A DNA stretch of 64,000 bases from Candidatus Hodarchaeota archaeon (GTDB lineage Archaea; Asgardarchaeota; Lokiarchaeia; Sigyniarchaeales; SOKP01). Of this stretch, positions 18,766 through 27,592 are shown in pieces. The DNA lies in NCBI GenBank assembly GCA_048887225.1, contig JBHLJY010000003.1, positions 46,420 to 110,419 of the forward strand, given 5' to 3'. The notes under the pieces were generated by a model that did not search any database, was not told the DNA's origin, and was given only the letters and a program-made list of their open reading frames with translations. Made by a program: the position numbers and the translations under genes. Position 1 is the first letter of the stretch, and each line of letters opens with the position of its first letter.

Positions 18766-19674
18766 CTATTTCCTTTTCTTTTTGATTACTATTATAAGTA
18801 TAATTACCCCAATAATCGCAGCTACAACAATTAGAGTAATCCACCACCAATTTTCTAAGGTATAGACTAAACTTTGTCCTAATATTGACAATTCAAATTT
18901 AGCGATTGTATCCCCGTCATATTCATATTCATAATAATAAAGAATTCCATCATCTGTGTATCTTGTTTCGGAATCAAAATCTTCAACACCCGCAGTTGTT
19001 GATTCTCTGTTTGTTTTTATACCAACGCCTTTATCTTGGAAAAAATAATTAACTTCCACATCATCGACAGCCCTCGTATCCTCCAAATTGTTGTCATCTA
19101 ACCAATCATCGATCTCATTAACAATTTTATTCCATTTAAGATTTTTCGGAACAACAAATTGATAAAGCCCAATACCTAAGATATCTTGAAGTCCGTGTAA
19201 TGCGATTTCAGCATAGACTATTTCTTCGGCTTCATATATAGTGTATGATTCAAGTTTATCAAAGTCGTCCCAAGCTTCAGCATCACTTAAATCTTCTGTT
19301 TCATACATATTGACTAGAATTTTTACATGTTTGACATCATCCTCATCATCAAGTCTATTAGTAATGTCATCCCAATCAGATTCCTTCTCATCTCTAATGT
19401 CTTCTACATAAATTTTCCAAGCTTCTACATCATCATCCCAATCATACCAAGAAAAAAATGTATCTGCATTTTGTTCAGCTACTAACTCAGATAAACCAAT
19501 ATCTTCGAAATAGTCCTCTAATGGTCCCTTATCGAATTCTGTCTTCCAAATAACCTCTTGCCCTTCGCTTACTCCTAGATATCTAGGTTTATCCGCAGCG
19601 TAACCAACGGCAATATAGGGCATTAATAAAGATACCATCAACATTCCGTATACTAATATTTTTGATACTTTCAT
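18766..19674 (-). CDS. acidic surface protein, N-terminal signal + C-terminal TM anchor (paralogue A)
   Basis: Signal-like 'ILVYGMLMVSLLMPYIAVGYA', a D/E/W/Y-rich ectodomain, and C-terminal 'ENWWWITLIVVAAIIGVIILIIVIKKKRK'. Confidence 0.6.
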   Translation of the reverse strand: MKVSKILVYGMLMVSLLMPYIAVGYAADKPRYLGVSEGQEVIWKTEFDKGPLEDYFEDIGLSELVAEQNADTFFSWYDWDDDVEAWKIYVEDIRDEKESDWDDITNRLDDEDDVKHVKILVNMYETEDLSDAEAWDDFDKLESYTIYEAEEIVYAEIALHGLQDILGIGLYQFVVPKNLKWNKIVNEIDDWLDDNNLEDTRAVDDVEVNYFFQDKGVGIKTNRESTTAGVEDFDSETRYTDDGILYYYEYEYDGDTIAKFELSILGQSLVYTLENWWWITLIVVAAIIGVIILIIVIKKKRK

Positions 19675-19822
19675 TTTTCTATCATTTTTTTTTGGAAATT
19701 AGCCTTAAGTTATTATTTTATTCTTTTATTTAAAAATATTATTTAAAATAGGGAGAAAATCATTTGAGATTACATAGTTTTGATATTATGTCATACAAAA
19801 AAGAGAAAAAATAAAGAAATTC

Positions 19823-20686
19823 TTATCGTTTTTTGACTTTTATTATGATAATAAGGATTATCATAACGATACATATTGCTCCAGCTAATAAAACCATCCA
19901 CCACCAATTTTCGCGCAAATATGTACCTCCTATGGTATCCAATTCGAATCTAGCAATTACATCACCATCATAACTAAATTCATAGTAATAAAGAATCCAA
20001 TTAGTTGTATATTTGGAAATCGATCCGAAATCCTCCACTTCCGAACTATATTCGTTATTATATTCAGTAGTTATTCCTACTTCTTGTTGAGCGAAAAAAT
20101 ATGTTCTTTTTGTGGTATCAATGCTGAGTCTATCTTCATCACCAGTATCGTCAACACTGTCCTCAATCTCATTTACAATCTTATAAAATTTAAGATTCTT
20201 TGGAAGAAAAAACGCAGAGAGTCCCATAGTGTAAGGAATAAATGCTGAATAAAGTTCTTCATCGGGTTCAAAAATTTTCGAGGTTTCATATTTTTCCATT
20301 TTCTTCCAAGCTTCAGGATCATTGATATCTTTTGTTTTGTACATATTATAAATAAATTTAACTCGATCATATTCTTCTGTGCCAACAGAATCTTCTTTTT
20401 CTTCTCTAATGTCAACGATATATATTTTTCTCCCCTCATCCTTTTCATTCCAATCCATAAGATCAAAATCCTCGTCAGCTTCCAACTCTGCTTCAGTTTC
20501 AGTCTTTCCTAGATCTTCATAATAATCTTCTAATGGGCCTTTATCGAATTCTGTCTTCCATATATACGTTACGCCTTCATCGATTCCCACATATTCAGGC
20601 TTTTTTTCTGCTTTAGCGATAACTATATACGATACGAAGAAAGATGCAAGAAGTAAACCATATAATAAAATTCTACACTTTTGCAT
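19823..20686 (-). CDS. acidic surface protein, N-terminal signal + C-terminal TM anchor (paralogue B)
   Basis: Collinear with 18766..19674. Shared strings include 'IWKTEFDKGPLEDY', 'PKNLK..KIVNEI.D', 'ILYYYE..YDGD.IA.FEL' and 'ENWWW...KK'. Confidence 0.6.
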   Translation of the reverse strand: MQKCRILLYGLLLASFFVSYIVIAKAEKKPEYVGIDEGVTYIWKTEFDKGPLEDYYEDLGKTETEAELEADEDFDLMDWNEKDEGRKIYIVDIREEKEDSVGTEEYDRVKFIYNMYKTKDINDPEAWKKMEKYETSKIFEPDEELYSAFIPYTMGLSAFFLPKNLKFYKIVNEIEDSVDDTGDEDRLSIDTTKRTYFFAQQEVGITTEYNNEYSSEVEDFGSISKYTTNWILYYYEFSYDGDVIARFELDTIGGTYLRENWWWMVLLAGAICIVMIILIIIIKVKKR

Positions 20687-20790
20687 TTGAACTCTTTTTT
20701 TTTGAATTAGTATTAAATATGTACCATCTTCACTAGTAAAAAAGTTTTTTTTAATTCCTTAAAAAACGAAAAAAAAGCGATTTTCATACT

Positions 20791-21735
20791 TTAAGAATAA
20801 TCTAACATTTTATTAATAGGGATTAGAGCTTTTTCGGCAATCGGTTTTGGAACTTTAATTTCAAAATTTTTATCATCCAAATTTTCGAGGAGATATTTAA
20901 TCAACTCAAGACTGTGTTTTTTCATATTATAACAAATCATCTTATCACTTGCTAAATAATAGTCATTATTCGGAAAATCCGCAGCCATACGTTCCATAAG
21001 ACCTTTTTCAGTTCCTATTACAAATTCATTTATCTCAGGTGGACTTTCTTTAACGTATCTATACATATGTGACGTAGAACCAACGAAATCTGATAATTCT
21101 CTAACATTTCGAACGCATTCTGGATGTACTACCACTTTAGCATTAGGATACTCTTTTTTTTTTTGCTTAATATCATCTGCCGTCAATTGAGAATGAACAT
21201 AACAATGCCCTTTTTCAGGCATTTTGATTGTTTTAATGCCTGATATTTGTTCAGTATAATCTGCCAAATTTGCATCAGGACCAAATAGAATTGCTTCAGC
21301 ATCAAATTCTTCCTTTATTTTTTGTACTATTTTTACGGCGTTGGAGGATGTACAACAAATGTCTGATTCTGCTTTTACAGCTGCGGTAGAATTAACATAA
21401 GTTACGACAGGTAAGCCGGGATAATTTTGTCTAAATTCTTTTACCAATTCTGGCGTAAGAAACGCTGCCATTGGGCAACAAGATTCATAATTAGGAATTA
21501 AAACATGCTTATCTTGATTCAATATTGATGCTGTTTCAGCCATAAAATCAACTCCAGCAAATATTATATATTCTGTATTTGCTTTTTCTTTGGCTGTACG
21601 AGATAATCCGAGTGAATCTCCTAAGAAGTCAGCGATCTCTTGAATTTCTATTATTTGATAATAATGAGCTAAAATAGTAACATCATTTTTCTTTTTTAAA
21701 TCCAAAATTTCTTCTTGGAGTTGATTCATATTCAT
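20791..21735 (-). CDS. nadA: quinolinate synthase
   Basis: 314 aa with typical NadA layout and strings ('ILAHYYQ', 'FMAETA', 'CCPMA', 'YVNS.A..KA..D.CCTSSNA', 'VHPEC'). Confidence 0.9.
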   Translation of the reverse strand: MNMNQLQEEILDLKKKNDVTILAHYYQIIEIQEIADFLGDSLGLSRTAKEKANTEYIIFAGVDFMAETASILNQDKHVLIPNYESCCPMAAFLTPELVKEFRQNYPGLPVVTYVNSTAAVKAESDICCTSSNAVKIVQKIKEEFDAEAILFGPDANLADYTEQISGIKTIKMPEKGHCYVHSQLTADDIKQKKKEYPNAKVVVHPECVRNVRELSDFVGSTSHMYRYVKESPPEINEFVIGTEKGLMERMAADFPNNDYYLASDKMICYNMKKHSLELIKYLLENLDDKNFEIKVPKPIAEKALIPINKMLDYS

Positions 21736-21836
21736 AAGTATTTGAAATCTAAAATGATTTTATTATTCAATATAAGTTTCACAGACAATTAAATCATCTG
21801 ATTATAAAAAAAATATCTTAAAATTTAAGTAATTAT

Positions 21837-23630
21837 ATGATAAAATCAATGGAGAAGAAAAAAATTTATTTAATTCTTAGTCTCTTTCTTATAATCTCTA
21901 GTATAATTTTAGCTGTTCTATCGATAATTTTTGCGTATTCCATATCAATACAAAGAAATTCATTTCTTGAGAAAGAAGAGATTTATTTTGAGAAGTTTTC
22001 TGTAAAAGTGAAAGATGGGATTGAAATTAAAGGATTATTATATGTAGATGAAGATCTAGAGGAAAAAGAAGACAATTCTGTTCCATCTGTATTATTACTC
22101 CATGGATTAAATGGTCGTAAGGAACATAAAATGGATATTGTTTTTCAGTTTGTTAAATGTGGATTTGCCGTTTTTTCTGTGGAGCAGCGCGGACATGGAG
22201 ATTCTGGTGGTTTTATCAGTTTTTTAGATAAAGAACCGGGCGATATGGAAGATGTAATTGATTATATTGAGGACCATTTTGATTTTTCTAATGTATCACA
22301 CATCGCCTTATTAGGCTTTTCATATGGAGGTGGAATTGGCGCAATCCTACAATCTTCTGATGATAGAATTTATGCCTCTGTTTTATATCACCCTCTAGTC
22401 TCAATAAAACATTTAACTGAATTAATGCCTTTCCAAAATCTCATTGGAGTTACTTATAGCGTAGGCCCTCTTGAAGATATTAAAGATGGATTCGATGTTT
22501 GTACTCCAACTAATACAGCTAATTTACTTTTAATTCATGGAGAAGATGACGAACTCATTTCCTCAGATGATAGTAAAGAATTATATGAACAAGTTGATGG
22601 AAATTATCGAAATGATATTGGTTTGGAAATTCGACCAGACTTGAATCATTTTGAAACCGAAGTAGACGATGAATCCTTAAAATATGCTATTGTATGGTTA
22701 GAGCATTTTTATCACGATAAGACTATCGATATTACTAATAGAGATTTTGAAATAAGCTCAATAAAATTAAAAGATTTTGATTATCCTGAGAGTTTACTTC
22801 CAGAATATTTAATTTTGATTTCAGCAATAATTTTATTTCTCGGAATTAGTTTATTATTATTGCCAAGAAAAATATGGCCTCTTTCAAGCGACATTCCTTC
22901 AAATGAAACAATAGATGACGAGAGAGATCCCCAACTCTATAAAAAAATGGTGTTATCGCATATAGTAATTTATGTTATTCCCGTAATTATAGGCGCACCC
23001 TTATTTGCTATTTTTAATCCCTCTTATCTATTTGGATACTCCTTAATAATACCTATAGCAACGATAATTTTGTTTCTGTTAATGCCAAGGTTTGGATATT
23101 CTGATTGGAAATCAAAATATAGCTCACATTTAAAAACGGAATGGAATGATTGGTATAACAATAATTTGAAATTACTTCTATATGGCTTATCCATAGTTAT
23201 GGTTCCAGTATTATTTTACGTTATAATCTTTAATTTTAATGCTAATCTAATGACTAGCTTTCCCATTCCTTTTTTCAATACTACAATGATTCTCTACCTC
23301 TCAATGGGTATTAGTACTTTTTATATGGATTATTTAATGATACGTGGCATAAAAACTCAACATTCTATTATATTAATTGGACTAAGATCTTTAACTTTGA
23401 TTATATTCTTCACATTTATACCAATTCCACCATTTGGTTTTACTGGGCTTCCCATAAGTGGTGAAATTGCTCAAATATTAATTTTTTCATTGATGGGGCT
23501 TGTTTTTTGGGCAGCTCTTATGTTGATGAGATTACTTAAGAAGATCTACAAAAATATTATTCCAGTTATGCTGATCTTCTTTCTCCCCTTAACTATATTT
23601 TTATTATTTTTAGTTATCAGAATAGTATAG
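21837..23630 (+). CDS. alpha/beta-hydrolase domain fused to a C-terminal polytopic membrane domain
   Basis: N-terminal TM helix, 'LLLHGLNG', nucleophile elbow 'GFSYGG', and 'LIHGEDDE...H'. These are followed by ~270 aa with several hydrophobic helices. Confidence 0.7.
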   Translation: MIKSMEKKKIYLILSLFLIISSIILAVLSIIFAYSISIQRNSFLEKEEIYFEKFSVKVKDGIEIKGLLYVDEDLEEKEDNSVPSVLLLHGLNGRKEHKMDIVFQFVKCGFAVFSVEQRGHGDSGGFISFLDKEPGDMEDVIDYIEDHFDFSNVSHIALLGFSYGGGIGAILQSSDDRIYASVLYHPLVSIKHLTELMPFQNLIGVTYSVGPLEDIKDGFDVCTPTNTANLLLIHGEDDELISSDDSKELYEQVDGNYRNDIGLEIRPDLNHFETEVDDESLKYAIVWLEHFYHDKTIDITNRDFEISSIKLKDFDYPESLLPEYLILISAIILFLGISLLLLPRKIWPLSSDIPSNETIDDERDPQLYKKMVLSHIVIYVIPVIIGAPLFAIFNPSYLFGYSLIIPIATIILFLLMPRFGYSDWKSKYSSHLKTEWNDWYNNNLKLLLYGLSIVMVPVLFYVIIFNFNANLMTSFPIPFFNTTMILYLSMGISTFYMDYLMIRGIKTQHSIILIGLRSLTLIIFFTFIPIPPFGFTGLPISGEIAQILIFSLMGLVFWAALMLMRLLKKIYKNIIPVMLIFFLPLTIFLLFLVIRIV

Positions 23631-23660
23631 GAACTTTACTCAATAATAAAAAAGATAAAA

Positions 23661-24878
23661 TTAAATGAGATTGTATTTTTTAGCAATCTCTAGAAAACTT
23701 TTTGTAAAATGCCTTACCTGTTCCCATGTAAGGCCATAAGTGCTATACTTCATATCTTTAGAAATACCAGGGAGCATGCCTATAATCCCTCTTTCTTTAA
23801 ATTCGTCTCTCACAAAGAACCCTTTTCGTGGATGTGTTTTAGCAACATTAGCAAAACCTTCTGTTGTTATATTAGTTAATGGATGAATCTTTGGTAATTT
23901 GCCATTAACATATAAACCTTTCACTTTTTTAATTTCATTAATGACGTAATTAGCTTTTTTAGCTTCTTCTTCTGTGAATTTCTTCTGTGTTCTTTTAACC
24001 ACAGTAGGAAAGCTTGCCATAAGTGTAATTAACGGAGCTCCATAAACTGGTGGGCACCCCATAACATTACAAATTTTGCTTGGAAAAGATTTCGAAGAGA
24101 TATTACCTTGTATTTTTGATAGATTGATGATATCTTCGTAGAAATCTTCTCCAAATCCTAAAATACCGATTGGACCCGACGCCGCCATTGATTTGTGTCC
24201 ACTACAAGTTATGAAATCCACTTGAGAATCTTTACAATCAACAGGTAAGGTACCTACAGAATAAGCAGCGTTTAATAAGAAGGGCAGATTGTATTTCTGG
24301 CAAATCTCAGCGATAGGTTTAGGATCATTATAATTTCCAAATTTGTAATCGACATGAGTTAAAAGTACTAACAATGGTAATTCGTTTTCTTGATCTTTTA
24401 CCTCCTTAATAATGTTCTCGTAATCTGAAGGATCTATTTTAAATTCTGGATCTCCTGAATTGGGGACTTCACTCAGATTTAAATTATTTGATTCTATCGC
24501 GAGATATGTAGTATAATGTGCTAAACTATCAATTACAACAGTTTTTCGTTTTGGATATTTTTTAGCAAGAATTTGCATGACCATATTCTTGGATTCTCTT
24601 GCTGAAGCAGTAATCAAAACATTATCTATATTCAGAAATCTAGCTAAATCTTTTATGAATTCAATAATTGGAGGATTTTCTATTTTATCAATTCTCCCTT
24701 TCATACAATTGTCACATATACTATATCCATCCCCATAAGCTATTAATGCTTTATAAGCTTGTAGTGTTAAAATACCTCCTCTTTGAATCGGATGAATATT
24801 TATAAACTCTTCATTAACCGTACGAGAGAGATTTCCGTATTTTTGGACTAACTCGTTATTATATTCTAATTTTGACAT
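23661..24878 (-). CDS. pscS: O-phosphoseryl-tRNA(Cys):Cys-tRNA synthase (SepCysS)
   Basis: 'INIHPIQRGGILT', 'DGYSICDNC', 'LTHVDYKFGNYND', and 'CSGHKSMAASGPIG' (PLP lysine). Collinear with recalled methanogen SepCysS. Confidence 0.75.
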   Translation of the reverse strand: MSKLEYNNELVQKYGNLSRTVNEEFINIHPIQRGGILTLQAYKALIAYGDGYSICDNCMKGRIDKIENPPIIEFIKDLARFLNIDNVLITASARESKNMVMQILAKKYPKRKTVVIDSLAHYTTYLAIESNNLNLSEVPNSGDPEFKIDPSDYENIIKEVKDQENELPLLVLLTHVDYKFGNYNDPKPIAEICQKYNLPFLLNAAYSVGTLPVDCKDSQVDFITCSGHKSMAASGPIGILGFGEDFYEDIINLSKIQGNISSKSFPSKICNVMGCPPVYGAPLITLMASFPTVVKRTQKKFTEEEAKKANYVINEIKKVKGLYVNGKLPKIHPLTNITTEGFANVAKTHPRKGFFVRDEFKERGIIGMLPGISKDMKYSTYGLTWEQVRHFTKSFLEIAKKYNLI

Positions 24879-25005
24879 AAATCTTACCGATAATCTTTTT
24901 TCTAATCTTTCTACATGATTAAATTTTTATAAATTTAAAAAGAATTTTTAAAAATTACGCCAAATTTACTATTGTATTATATATTTAAAATTTAAGAGGA
25001 AAATT

Positions 25006-25554
25006 ATGCCGATTATTATGCCTAGTCCGAGAACAGGAAAAGAACCTCAGATTCACGAGAAAGCTTATATAGCACCAAGTGCAACAATCATTGGCGACAT
25101 AGCAATTGAGGAAGGAGTTAATGTGTGGTTCGGAGCGGTTTTAAGAGGTGATTGGGGTACAATTAAAATTGGTAAAAACACAAGTGTCCAAGAAAACGTT
25201 ACGATTCATATAGAAATGGGATCAACAGTAGAGATTGGAGAGGATTGTATTATAGGACATCATGCGATGATCCATGGTCCATGTGTTATTGAAAGAGGAT
25301 GTCTTGTGGGAATAGGTGCGAATGTTTTACATAGATCCAAATTAGGAGAAGGTTCTGTACTAGCTGCTGGTGCTGTTTTATTAAATAAGGAAATTCCTCC
25401 TAGAAGTTTAGCAGTAGGGATCCCCGCAAGCGTTAAAAAAGAAGGTATCTATAAAGGAAAACTGGAAGGCGCCAAAACATCAGGCGAATATGCTAAAAAC
25501 GGTATTGCTTTTAAGGAATTTTTTAAAAAAAATCCTGAATATACGAAATATTAG
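25006..25554 (+). CDS. gamma-class carbonic anhydrase-like left-handed beta-helix protein (YrdA/PaaY family)
   Basis: Hexapeptide repeats and 'VLRGD...I.IG..TSVQENV.IH..' with His ligands. 182 aa. Confidence 0.85.
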   Translation: MPIIMPSPRTGKEPQIHEKAYIAPSATIIGDIAIEEGVNVWFGAVLRGDWGTIKIGKNTSVQENVTIHIEMGSTVEIGEDCIIGHHAMIHGPCVIERGCLVGIGANVLHRSKLGEGSVLAAGAVLLNKEIPPRSLAVGIPASVKKEGIYKGKLEGAKTSGEYAKNGIAFKEFFKKNPEYTKY

Positions 25555-25578
25555 TTATTTTATTTTATCTTTTTTTAT

Positions 25579-26328
25579 TTATTTTGAGCATAAGCAATTC
25601 TCGTCTTTAACAACTTGTATTTTATCAAATCTTAAATCTAATAGATTTACCATTAGTAAATGGTTATATAGATTTGGAAGCCCTAATGCTGTCTTAATAA
25701 TTTCTAAAGCCTCTAATGTTCCTAATATTCCTGGAGTAACACCTATTACCGGTAAAGGACCTGCATTTGGATCTATCGAATCTTTTTCAGGACCAGGAAA
25801 AACACATTGATAGCATGCGCTCTTTTTAGGGTTAATTGTAATGATTTGACCATAAAAGTCTTTTATTCCTGCAATTACACATTTCATATTGTTTTCCACG
25901 GCAACTTTATTAACAAGAAATTTAGTTGGTAAATTGTCACTACAATCAACAATAAAATCTTGACCTTTTAAATACTTTTTAATTGAAGTCTCGTCTATAT
26001 GATCCTTATATGTGTTTACTTGAACTTCAGAATTGAGATTTGATAAAACTTCTTTTGTTAAATCAGCTTTATTTTTTCCAATTTGCGTTTCGTTATATAA
26101 AATTTGCCTCTGTAAATTCGAAATGTCGAGAATATCGTTGTCTAATATTGTCAGTTCTTTTATTCCTGCAGCGGTTAGATATAATGAGCAAGGAGACCCT
26201 AATCCCCCAGCTCCAATTTGCAAAATGCTAATTCTTGACAATTTTTTTTGCCCTTCCTCACCAATTAAGGGGGATATTATTTGTCGAGAATATCTCTTTT
26301 TTTGATCTTCAGTTAAAATTAAATTCAC
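25579..26328 (-). CDS. MoeB/ThiF/UbaA-type E1-like adenylyltransferase
   Basis: 'RYSRQI', 'GAGGLGS', 'DNDILDISNLQRQ', 'CYQC', and C-terminal 'CLC'. 249 aa. Confidence 0.85.
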   Translation of the reverse strand: MNLILTEDQKKRYSRQIISPLIGEEGQKKLSRISILQIGAGGLGSPCSLYLTAAGIKELTILDNDILDISNLQRQILYNETQIGKNKADLTKEVLSNLNSEVQVNTYKDHIDETSIKKYLKGQDFIVDCSDNLPTKFLVNKVAVENNMKCVIAGIKDFYGQIITINPKKSACYQCVFPGPEKDSIDPNAGPLPVIGVTPGILGTLEALEIIKTALGLPNLYNHLLMVNLLDLRFDKIQVVKDENCLCSK

Positions 26329-26329
26329 C

Positions 26330-26710
26330 TCAGAAATTTAATATAGCTTTAATTTTTTTAATAGTTTCTTCAATTTCTATAAGAATTAAGCCTAAATTAA
26401 CGTTCAAATCCAGTAATGAGACAAGAATTATCTGGTCAGTTATTTTTAGTACAATTAATTGGTATTCTGTTCCTAATTCTACTATAAGATTATTAAATTT
26501 AGTAGGTCCTAAAGTTTTTATAGCAGTTTCAATAGCCCCAAACATAGTAGCAGCCATTGCTCCAAATTTTCGATCATCTATATCTCTTGGTAATCTAGAA
26601 GTAATTAATAAACCATTACTTTTCACTATAGCAGTACCGATTATGCCGCTAATTACCTCTAAATTCATTAATAATCCGTGAAGGTCTTCACTTTTGCTTT
26701 CTGAACTCAT
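26330..26710 (-). CDS. Roadblock/LC7 (MglB-like) domain protein
   Basis: 126 aa. 'GIIGTAIVKSNGLLITSRLP...KFGAMAATMFGAIETA...LIVELGTEYQLIVLKITDQIILVSL' fits the Roadblock pattern. Its stop is 1 nt from the start of the MoeB-like gene. Confidence 0.7.
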   Translation of the reverse strand: MSSESKSEDLHGLLMNLEVISGIIGTAIVKSNGLLITSRLPRDIDDRKFGAMAATMFGAIETAIKTLGPTKFNNLIVELGTEYQLIVLKITDQIILVSLLDLNVNLGLILIEIEETIKKIKAILNF

Positions 26711-26839
26711 TAATTCGTAAAATTGACTTAATTCTAAAATCTCACTAAAAATGTGATATAAAATAAACTCATTTATAAAAATATATAATATTTTTGAATA
26801 AAATAAAGAAAACTTTAGATTTATAAATTACACAGGATA

Positions 26840-27040
26840 TCATCTATAAAATCCTTTATTACCATTAAACGGTCTATATCGGTTTCGCCAGCTAGGTTGC
26901 CTCAATTTGGCAGTTCTTCCGAAACCACAACTTGCGCAGTATCTCTTTCTCCTGTGAAAAGAATGTTTTCCACAACGCCTACATGTCTTATGAGTAGCGG
27001 CCTTATTCTTCTTGCCTTTGCTAGGTGTTCCTTTACCCAT
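26840..27040 (-). CDS. rpl37e: 50S ribosomal protein eL37 (L37e)
   Basis: 'MGKGTPSKGKKNKAATHKTCRRCGKHSFHRRKRYCASCGF', with a zinc-ribbon CxxC...CxxC. Confidence 0.95.
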   Translation of the reverse strand: MGKGTPSKGKKNKAATHKTCRRCGKHSFHRRKRYCASCGFGRTAKLRQPSWRNRYRPFNGNKGFYR

Positions 27041-27044
27041 ATTT

Positions 27045-27362
27045 TCACCCTTCCTCCTCTAATTCGTCTCTATGCATTAACTCGTCGTGATCAAGTTCGG
27101 ACTCCGAAAATAAAAGCTTTTCTCTTTCTTGACCAATAAAAATAATTGAAGCACCTCTAATCATAACTGTACCCAAGTTTTTAGATCTTTTTCCTCCCCT
27201 CCCAAAATAGATTTCTTTAGCGTTTTCAACTATTAAATTCATGTAATTATCAAATTTTATTAATTTTCCAGTTAAATATGTGTTCCAGATTTTTAACTTT
27301 ATACGTATCTCTGGTTTTAATATCGCTTTACTAAGTGTCCTCGAAACTGTATGTTGAGACAT
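27045..27362 (-). CDS. Sm-like (LSm/SmAP) protein with acidic C-terminal tail
   Basis: Sm1 'LTGKLIKFDNYMNLIVENAKE' and Sm2 'LGTVMIRGASIIFI'. It sits in the conserved archaeal position immediately upstream of rpl37e. Confidence 0.85.
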   Translation of the reverse strand: MSQHTVSRTLSKAILKPEIRIKLKIWNTYLTGKLIKFDNYMNLIVENAKEIYFGRGGKRSKNLGTVMIRGASIIFIGQEREKLLFSESELDHDELMHRDELEEEG

Positions 27363-27592
27363 CGAAAAAAACTCTCTATGAAGTTATTTCTATTTAAGTT
27401 TGTAAATTATCCCAAATTATAAATATTTTTTTATTTAAGAAAGGATTTGCACTATTAACGCTCAAATTTAAACAATTGTAATTGAGTTGAATAATAATTA
27501 GTAAAATAGGATATTTTGATGCGGATGTCGTAAGCCCCGAAGAGATTTTTATAGCCGCTGGCTTTACTCCTATTAGACTTCTAGGAGATCCT

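Noticed and set aside
18435-20466. ORFs 18435..18710 (-) and 20173..20466 (-)
   Set aside because: The first is antisense to the wHTH gene. The second is an alternative frame inside the acidic surface-protein paralogue B, whose frame is supported by collinearity with paralogue A.
25490-25810. ORF 25490..25810 (+) overlapping the end of the gamma-CA-like gene and the 3' end of the MoeB-like gene
   Set aside because: It has no recognisable motifs and overlaps two confidently called genes. Likely spurious.
26033-26681. Plus-strand ORFs 26033..26305, 26040..26231 and 26235..26681
   Set aside because: They are antisense to the well-supported MoeB-like and Roadblock genes. Their translations are low-complexity, Phe/Ile/Leu/Ser-rich, with no motifs, typical of shadow ORFs in AT-rich DNA.
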